Positions 57,617 to 64,000 of a stretch of DNA of 64,000 nucleotides are shown here, piece after piece. Every line of letters starts with the position of its first letter. Position 1 is the stretch's first letter. The notes under the pieces are model-generated. The model searched no databases. It had not been told where the DNA came from and saw only the letters and a list, made by a program, of their open reading frames with translations. The stretch covers positions 4,064-68,063 of the forward strand of contig DSAP01000089.1 in assembly GCA_011046415.1 (NCBI GenBank), read 5' to 3'. This stretch comes from a bacterium. GTDB lineage: Bacteria > Zhuqueibacterota > QNDG01 > JABMRT01. The position numbers and the translations under genes are program-made.

Positions 57617-60600
57617 CGGATCCCTTCATGGTCGGCAAAACACCCCAATCCGTCCCTGACACCCTTTCTTCGCGCATGGCAGGGGGATTGCACCTGATTT
57701 TTTTCCTGTCCGGTGCGGCGGTGCTCATCTATCAGCTGGTCTGGCTCCGCATTCTCGAGCTGGTCTTCGGCGTCACCGTGTATGCGGTCGGCACCGTGCT
57801 GGCGGCCTTCATGGCCGGCATGGCGCTGGGCAGCCTCATATTCGGACAACTCGCCGACCGCATGCGCAGACCCCTCCTGCTACTCGTGCTTTTCGAGACG
57901 GGACTGATGCTGTACGCGCTGGCATTCCCGTCCTGGCTCCGTCTCATCATGACGCTTCTTACCGACATCATGCCGGATCCGGCCACGCCGTTTTTTGGAC
58001 GGAATATCTTCCGGTTCGGGCTGGGCTTTTGCCTGTTGCTGCCTCCGGCCGCACTGGCCGGAGGCGGCCTGCCCGTTGTGGGCAAGACACTCATCCGCAG
58101 CCGCAGCCGTCTGGGCGGCCAGGTCGGAGGCCTGTACGCCGCATGCAACGCCGGGGCGTTTCTGGGATGCGTTTTGACGGGATTTTTCCTCGTCCGTATG
58201 CTCGGTGCGCGGGGCGCGACCCTCGTCGGGGCGGCGCTGAACGGCGTGAATCTCGTCCTGCTCGTTTTCTGGATTCTTCGCAAACATCCGGCGATTTCGC
58301 CTCAAGAAACCGTTGCCGCCGTCCCATATGATGGCGGCGACCATGCCGCGGGAACGCGGCGCGGGATACCGGCCTGGATCGGGGTGATCCTGGCCGCCCT
58401 GGTCTTCGAGGGATTCTGCGCCGCCGCATACGAACTCGTCTGGATGCGGATGCTCAATCATTTCTCCGCGGACAAGAGTCTGGCGCTGACGGGAACTGTA
58501 TTCGCCGCCTTTCTTTTCGGTCTCTCCGCCGGGAGCCTGGCCGTCCGGAGGTGGATCGACCGAACCGGCCGTCCGCTGGCGGTCCTGGGTGTCATCGAAA
58601 TGGCGATCGGGCTGGCCGGACTGGCCGTGCCGTTCGTCCTCCGGCATCTGGGAGGGCGGTTCATGCAGCTCAGGGCCGGCTATTCGGAGAACTGGTGGAA
58701 TACGATCGGGGCCGAATATGCCGTTTTCTTTCTGATTCTCGCGGCGCCGGCCACGCTGATGGGCATGACCTTCCCGATATTCGGGCGGCTGCTCTGTGAT
58801 TCGATCCCGCATCTGGGCGGACGGCTCGGACGGCTCGGGTTTCTGGACACGGCGGGATCCATCCTGGGCGCATTCGCGGCGGGATTTTTCCTGATTCCCG
58901 CCTTCGGGCTGATCCGGACCGGGACGGCGACGGCCGTGATCAGCCTCGCCGTCGGCGCGGCGTTGATCCTGATTCAGCCGGACCTGCGGCCCAAAACCCG
59001 GACGGCCTTCCTCATCGCTTTCTTCCTCGCGGGCACCGGACTGGCCTGCGTTCTGCCCGTTTCGTCCGCAATGACCGGGTGGCAGGGCCGCAGACCGGAA
59101 GACCGGGTGGTTTTTCATGCCGAGGGCCCCTCGGCGACCGTGACGGTGTTCGAGACGCTGGAAGGCGAACGCCGCATGGCCATCAACGGTTCGATTTCGG
59201 CCTTCGGCGAGAGCGACCTGGAGATCGACAAAATGCGGGGACTGGTTCCGGCGCTGCTTCATCCCGGCCCGAAAACGGCGCTGGCGGTCGGTCTCGGCAT
59301 GGGCGTGGCCGCCCGGTCTCTCCTGACACCCGGACTCACCCGGCTCGACTGCGTCGAACTCAGCGAAACCGTCGCCCTGGCTTCCGATTCCTGTTACGGC
59401 GGGGTCAACGGCCGGGTCATGCGCGATCCGCGGTTTCATCTGATCGTCGAAGACGGCCGCAACTTTCTCCTTCTCACCCCCGACACCTATGACGTCATTT
59501 CCTCCAATTCCATCCATGCCCGGCTGAGTGGTTTTCTCTACACGCGCGAGTTCTATGCGCTCTGCAGGAGCCGTCTCAATCCCGGCGGCGTCGTATGCCA
59601 GTGGCTGACCACCAACTGGCTGACGGAAGAGGAGTTCAAGCGCCTCGTGGCCGCTTTCCTGGTGGAATTTCCCCATACCCGGCTCTGGGCGAGCGGCGTG
59701 TCGAATCTGATTCTGGTCGGATCCGAAACGCCCCTGAAGGTCGATGTCGCGCGGCTGGAATTCCTTTTCCGACACCCGGAGGTGACACCGCTTCTCACGG
59801 ATCCGTTGCTCATGGATCCGCTGGACGAACTGCCGCGTTTTCTGTCCCGTTTTGTCTGCGCGGAAGACGCCCTTCGGGATTATGTCCGGGGAACGCCGCC
59901 CGAGACGGACGACCGGACGGCCGCGGAATTCAGCCGGGTGGTGAAACCGGCCTGCAATCCGGCGATTATCGGGGCGCTCGCCGCGATGAAGACCGACATC
60001 GGCCCGTGGCTGATCGTCGAGGACGGCGCGGACCGGGACGGATTTCGGCGGGACATCCTCGCCTCCGCCGCAGCGGAAAAAGCCTGCATGGAGGGCATCC
60101 TGGCGTTCAACTATCTGGACGACCGGGAAAGGGGTGCGGGTCTCCTGAACGAGGCGGTGAAACGGGACAGCCTCTCTTTCCGTTACCGCGACCTGCTTTC
60201 CAGTTTTTACCGGTTCGACGGACGACCGGATGACGCGATCGGGACGCTCCTGCCCCTCATGTCCGTCCGGCCCGGGGATATCCGGCTCCTTCGCCGTCTG
60301 GGCATGCTCTATCTCGAAAACGGAGAGACGGACCGTGCCGTTCAAATGTTAACCTTTCCGGCGGACCGGGGGGACGTGCTGAGCCTGTATTTTCTCGGGC
60401 TGGCCTGGATGCAGGCCGGCCGGCCGGACCGGGCGCTCGACCGGATGTCCCGCGTGGTCTCGCACCGGCCCGAATTCCTGGACGCCCGGATGCAGCTCGG
60501 ACTCCTCCTGACCGTATTCGGCCGGTACGGGGAAGCGGCCGTCCATCTGCAGTACTGCCGGGATCGGGGTTACGGGACGGAAGAGATTCGCCGGATCGCG

Positions 60601-60630
60601 GCGCAATTCCCGGAACTCCGGATCCGGTGA
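57613..60630 (+). CDS. Paralogous polytopic membrane / spermidine-synthase-like fusion protein with an about 250-aa C-terminal TPR extension
   Basis: Same architecture as the upstream gene (FFLSGAAVLIYQLVWLR.., ALAVGLGMGVAA.., YDVISSN.., LNPGGVV), plus TPR helices (LGMLYLENGETDRAVQML.., LGLAWMQAGRPDRALDRM..). ATGA overlap with the upstream gene. Confidence 0.7.
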   Translation: MTDPFMVGKTPQSVPDTLSSRMAGGLHLIFFLSGAAVLIYQLVWLRILELVFGVTVYAVGTVLAAFMAGMALGSLIFGQLADRMRRPLLLLVLFETGLMLYALAFPSWLRLIMTLLTDIMPDPATPFFGRNIFRFGLGFCLLLPPAALAGGGLPVVGKTLIRSRSRLGGQVGGLYAACNAGAFLGCVLTGFFLVRMLGARGATLVGAALNGVNLVLLVFWILRKHPAISPQETVAAVPYDGGDHAAGTRRGIPAWIGVILAALVFEGFCAAAYELVWMRMLNHFSADKSLALTGTVFAAFLFGLSAGSLAVRRWIDRTGRPLAVLGVIEMAIGLAGLAVPFVLRHLGGRFMQLRAGYSENWWNTIGAEYAVFFLILAAPATLMGMTFPIFGRLLCDSIPHLGGRLGRLGFLDTAGSILGAFAAGFFLIPAFGLIRTGTATAVISLAVGAALILIQPDLRPKTRTAFLIAFFLAGTGLACVLPVSSAMTGWQGRRPEDRVVFHAEGPSATVTVFETLEGERRMAINGSISAFGESDLEIDKMRGLVPALLHPGPKTALAVGLGMGVAARSLLTPGLTRLDCVELSETVALASDSCYGGVNGRVMRDPRFHLIVEDGRNFLLLTPDTYDVISSNSIHARLSGFLYTREFYALCRSRLNPGGVVCQWLTTNWLTEEEFKRLVAAFLVEFPHTRLWASGVSNLILVGSETPLKVDVARLEFLFRHPEVTPLLTDPLLMDPLDELPRFLSRFVCAEDALRDYVRGTPPETDDRTAAEFSRVVKPACNPAIIGALAAMKTDIGPWLIVEDGADRDGFRRDILASAAAEKACMEGILAFNYLDDRERGAGLLNEAVKRDSLSFRYRDLLSSFYRFDGRPDDAIGTLLPLMSVRPGDIRLLRRLGMLYLENGETDRAVQMLTFPADRGDVLSLYFLGLAWMQAGRPDRALDRMSRVVSHRPEFLDARMQLGLLLTVFGRYGEAAVHLQYCRDRGYGTEEIRRIAAQFPELRIR

Positions 60631-60717
60631 GTCGCGAAAGGGGGGAGATTCCGGTCTTCCGGATCGGAAGGATGGTCGTGGACAAATATCTTTTATCATA
60701 GGAATGGATGAGGTCAT

Positions 60718-61932
60718 ATGGCGCCTGAAACCCTGAAAAACCTGCGTGACGAACTCCGCCGCGAATTGACGGAAAACATCCTGCCTTTCTGGATGGAGAA
60801 GACCCTGGACGAGACAAACGGCGGATTCATCGGCGAGATGTCGAACGACCTGACGGTCAAACCGGACGCGCCGAAAAGCCTCGTGGTGACCACGCGCATC
60901 CTGTGGACCTTTTCCGCGGCCGCGCGCATCCTCCGGGACGGCCGGTATCTCGGGATGGCGGAACGCGCACTGGATTTTCTGAAGACCCGTTTCGCGGATC
61001 CCGAATACGGCGGGTATTTCTGGTGGCTGGATTCCAGAGGTGAGCCGCTCGAGACGGACAAGAAAATCTACGGCCAGGTGTTCACGGTGTACGCCCTAGC
61101 CCAACATCATCGGACGACGGGACGGAAAGAGAGCCTGGACGCGGCGCGATCCCTGTCCGGTCTGATCGAAGAAAAGGCGCTGGACCGGGAAGGCGTCGGA
61201 TATCACGATTTCTGCGGCCGGGACTGGTCTTTATTGGGAAATTTCGCCCTAGGCGATGGGGAGATCCCGGCGGAGAAGACCATGAACACGCATCTTCACG
61301 TACTCGAGGCCTACACGAACCTCTATCGGGTCTCCCCCTCGGAGAAGCTGGCCCGCCGGCTGAGGATGCTGATCGAAATCCATCTGGACCGCATCCTCGA
61401 TGTCCGGACCGGCCACCTGAACCTGTTTTTCGATCGGGAGTGGAAGGCCTTGACGGACGAGGTTTCCTACGGCCATGACATCGAGGGATCCTGGCTCCTG
61501 TGCGAAGCCGCGGATCTCCTCGGGGATCCGGGCCTTTCGGACCGCGCGCGCGACACCGCCGTACGGATGGCCGGGGCCGTGCTCGCCGACGGCGTCGATC
61601 CGGACGGCGGGATGATCTATCATGCGAACCCGCGCGGCGTGGTCGATCCGAACAAGCACTGGTGGCCGCAGGCCGAGGCGGTCGTGGGCTTCCTGAACGC
61701 ATGGCAGATCGGCGGCGATCCCAGATTCCTGGACGCCTCCCTGAATGCGTGGCGTTTCATCCAAAAGAAGCTCATCGACCGGCGCCACGGCGAATGGTTC
61801 TGGTCTGTGACCCGGGACGGCCGGGTCAATGCGCATGAACCCAAGGTCTCGCCCTGGAAATGTCCCTATCACAACGGACGGATGTGCATGGAGGTGATCG
61901 AACGGGTGGATCGGCTGGAAAAAGAGGGATAG
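60718..61932 (+). CDS. AGE-family (N-acylglucosamine 2-epimerase / cellobiose 2-epimerase-like) sugar epimerase/isomerase
   Basis: (alpha/alpha)6-barrel pattern, with GGF, YGQVFTVYALAQ and HLHVLEAYTNLY. Confidence 0.8.
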   Translation: MAPETLKNLRDELRRELTENILPFWMEKTLDETNGGFIGEMSNDLTVKPDAPKSLVVTTRILWTFSAAARILRDGRYLGMAERALDFLKTRFADPEYGGYFWWLDSRGEPLETDKKIYGQVFTVYALAQHHRTTGRKESLDAARSLSGLIEEKALDREGVGYHDFCGRDWSLLGNFALGDGEIPAEKTMNTHLHVLEAYTNLYRVSPSEKLARRLRMLIEIHLDRILDVRTGHLNLFFDREWKALTDEVSYGHDIEGSWLLCEAADLLGDPGLSDRARDTAVRMAGAVLADGVDPDGGMIYHANPRGVVDPNKHWWPQAEAVVGFLNAWQIGGDPRFLDASLNAWRFIQKKLIDRRHGEWFWSVTRDGRVNAHEPKVSPWKCPYHNGRMCMEVIERVDRLEKEG

Positions 61933-62030
61933 AAGATGATTCCGATGGGGAGGGATCTCTCGAATCCCCATAAATTGAGGAAAGATTCAGAAAGGTGGAG
62001 TCAAAAAGATCCTTCGGATCGGGGGGAACC

Positions 62031-62591
62031 ATGAACCGGAAAACGTTCTTCAAAAATTTCGTTCACGGCGGGGTATGGGCCGCCCTTCCGGGCGGATGGA
62101 ACATACCCGTTTCATTCGCGCAAGACGGCGGAGATGCGTCTTCGCCGTCCAGGGACGACCGGTTCCTCCACCGTTGGATCGGGTCGCTGCTGGAGAACTT
62201 CAGGAAAATGAAAAACCCCGAGGAAGCCGTTTCTCTGCTCGAATCGTGCGGGCGGGACTGCGCCAAACGCGGATCCATTCAAATGGCGCATGAGGCCGGA
62301 GAAAATGTGGATAACTTGTTGAAGGCGCTCGAAACCCATCTCGGGGCAGGAAACGCGGTGCGTGACGGGGATCGGATCACCCTCCGGTATCCGGAATGCT
62401 ATTGTCCGCTCGTTTCGGGCATGCCGCCGCAGAAAGACAGCGCCTGGTGCGATTGCTCGCGCGGCTGGCTGCTCGAGATGTTCGAAACGGTGACCGGAGA
62501 AGCCGTCCAGGTCCGGCTGGAACAATCCATTCTGCGCGGGGATCCGCAATGCCGTTTCACGATCCGGATCCCGCCCGGGTCGGTGCCGTGA
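62031..62591 (+). CDS. Secreted Cys-rich protein, possibly ATC-hydrolase-like (PF14196-like)
   Basis: Signal-like N-terminus MNRKTFFKNFVHGGVWAALPGGWNIPVSFA. Cys pattern C..C..CYC..C.C..C. The family assignment is tentative. Confidence 0.4.
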   Translation: MNRKTFFKNFVHGGVWAALPGGWNIPVSFAQDGGDASSPSRDDRFLHRWIGSLLENFRKMKNPEEAVSLLESCGRDCAKRGSIQMAHEAGENVDNLLKALETHLGAGNAVRDGDRITLRYPECYCPLVSGMPPQKDSAWCDCSRGWLLEMFETVTGEAVQVRLEQSILRGDPQCRFTIRIPPGSVP

Positions 62592-62673
62592 AGAGATAAG
62601 CTCAATATTTTGAAAGAAATAGGAATAGAATTGTCCGCCCGGCCGATGGGATGATCTCCCGAAAGGAAGCGCC

Positions 62674-63996
62674 ATGAAAACCTTTGCCGTCTATCTCGGC
62701 ACCTGTTCCGCATATGACCCCACGGGAATCGCCGGACTCATCCGGCGGGCGCTTGAGGTTATCCCGCTTTCAAGACCCATGACCGGCCGGATTGTCGTCA
62801 AGCCCAATCTCGTGATGGCGCATCCGAAAATCGCGACCGAAAGCTTTACGCGAAAAGAGGTTATCGAGGGAATTCTCCGGACCGTCGCCGAAAAAGGCGC
62901 GGCCGTGGAATGTGTACAACTTGTGGAAAAGTCCGGCCTGGGCGTGACGACCGCCTCGATGTTCCGGTGGGCCGGATACAACACCCTGGCGCGGGAATAC
63001 GGCGTCCGGCTGTGGGCGATGGAAGAAAATCCGCGCGTCCGGGTGGTGCTGGAAAACGGCAGAATCCACCGCCATGTTTCCGTGGCACGGCCCATGGCCG
63101 AACGGGATTTCCTGATCTTCGCGCCGAAACTCAAGACCAACGTGCTGACCCAGGGATTTTCCGGCGCCCTGAAACTGAATGTCGGCACCATCGATTCCCG
63201 GGAGCGGCTCCATCATCATGACCGCGACCTGCCGGTCAAGATCGTGGACCTGCTCGGGGCCGCAGATCCGGATCTGATCGTGACGGACGGGATCCGCTTC
63301 GCATTCGGCGGCAATCAGATGACCCAGGGCGGAACGGATCTCGGCGTCGTGATCGTGGCGAACGACGCCGTGGCCCACGACATGGTCGCGGCCCGCCTCC
63401 TCAACCTCGACCCGCTCCGGATCGACCACATCCGCGAAGCCGTGGACCGCGGCTACGGCCCGGCCCGCCCGGAGCAAATCCGGATCCTGGGCGACTATCC
63501 GGTCGAACGGGCGCAGGCCGTCACCTCCCGCCTCGATTTCGGATACATGCCGGTCGAAAAATTCCCCTGTAACTTCCGGATCCGAAGCGGCACGCCGTAC
63601 TGCACCGGAGGCTGCCAGGGCATTTTCCTCGACTGGCTGCACATGATCCGGGACCGCAAACCGGGCGTCCTCGGACGCTTCCCCCGGATCCCGGTGCTGA
63701 TCGGCAAGGTGACGGACCGGGTCGAAGCGAAGAGGATCCTTTTGGTCGGAGACTGTGCGGCGGCCTCGCCGGACCTCCGCGCCGGGCGCATCGTCCGGAT
63801 CCCGGGCTGCCCGCCGACCCACAAGCGGATCATTTTGTCGATGATGCTGCGATTTTTCCTCATCGCCCCGCTGGTGCGTCCTTCCCTGATCTGGGACGGC
63901 TTCGTCCTCTATCCGGTCAAATGGCTCAAAGGCCGGCTCGTGAATCTTAAATTCCGTCCTTCCCGGTGGTTTCCAATTCCTGATTCGGGAGAGTGA
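62674..63996 (+). CDS. DUF362-domain protein with C-terminal Cys clusters
   Basis: IVVKPNLV, FAPKLKTN and VVIVANDAVAHDMVAARL are typical of DUF362. C-terminal CTGGCQG and GDCAAASPD..IPGCPP. Confidence 0.65.
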   Translation: MKTFAVYLGTCSAYDPTGIAGLIRRALEVIPLSRPMTGRIVVKPNLVMAHPKIATESFTRKEVIEGILRTVAEKGAAVECVQLVEKSGLGVTTASMFRWAGYNTLAREYGVRLWAMEENPRVRVVLENGRIHRHVSVARPMAERDFLIFAPKLKTNVLTQGFSGALKLNVGTIDSRERLHHHDRDLPVKIVDLLGAADPDLIVTDGIRFAFGGNQMTQGGTDLGVVIVANDAVAHDMVAARLLNLDPLRIDHIREAVDRGYGPARPEQIRILGDYPVERAQAVTSRLDFGYMPVEKFPCNFRIRSGTPYCTGGCQGIFLDWLHMIRDRKPGVLGRFPRIPVLIGKVTDRVEAKRILLVGDCAAASPDLRAGRIVRIPGCPPTHKRIILSMMLRFFLIAPLVRPSLIWDGFVLYPVKWLKGRLVNLKFRPSRWFPIPDSGE

Positions 63997-64000
63997 CCCA

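Noticed and set aside
1-64000. CRISPR arrays, IS elements, integrases, rRNA/tRNA genes
   Set aside because: No short direct-repeat/spacer periodicity is visible. No DDE or tyrosine-recombinase-like translations were found apart from the catalytic-domain-less HTH modules. There are no rRNA-like or cloverleaf-capable segments in intergenic regions.

Overview
This 64 kb window is a GC-rich chromosomal segment (roughly 60-65% GC by eye) from a bacterium with compact, translationally coupled gene arrays. About 41 kb (1-41534) is encoded almost entirely on the minus strand and about 22 kb (41647-63996) entirely on the plus strand, diverging at a 112-bp intergenic spacer. No rRNA, tRNA, CRISPR array, transposase or integrase could be supported from the sequence. 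Two proteins carry C-terminal sorting domains of the FCB-superphylum type IX secretion (T9SS) kind, which is consistent with, but does not prove, an uncultivated FCB-group-like lineage.

Housekeeping content: TCA genes (icd plus an aconitase-family gene), a heat-shock operon hrcA-grpE-dnaJ without dnaK, ftsE-ftsX, thiL-yjbQ, pta-coaD-rsmD, zwf-pgl, dsbD, a KamA-family radical SAM enzyme and an M20 peptidase.

Accessory or unusual content:
- A partner-switching module in which one 1198-aa protein fuses an RsbW-like kinase, HAMP, a PP2C phosphatase, transposase-type HTH domains, a polyacidic stretch and TPR repeats. The STAS partner next to it carries a paralogous HTH.
- A 2301-aa repetitive Ig-like surface protein with a T9SS-type C-terminal domain, followed by a FadL/PorV-like beta-barrel with a TPR tail.
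- An Omp85 barrel fused to a TolB-like propeller.
- A ParE-type toxin-antitoxin pair in a low-GC patch.
- An AT-rich foreign-looking gene at the window start.
- A PilM-like, ComEA and Trp-repeat gene cluster.
- A FIST, histidine kinase and response regulator triad.
- A secreted LTD-EEP nuclease with a T9SS tail.
- Tandem spermidine-synthase-like polytopic membrane proteins.
- An isocitrate dehydrogenase with a Cys4 zinc-ribbon-like insertion next to the conserved regulatory serine.

The ORF track accepts GTG/TTG starts, so several track starts were trimmed using conserved N-termini, ribosome-binding sites and 4-nt ATGA/GTGA overlaps. Coordinates I counted by hand may be off by 1-2 nt.
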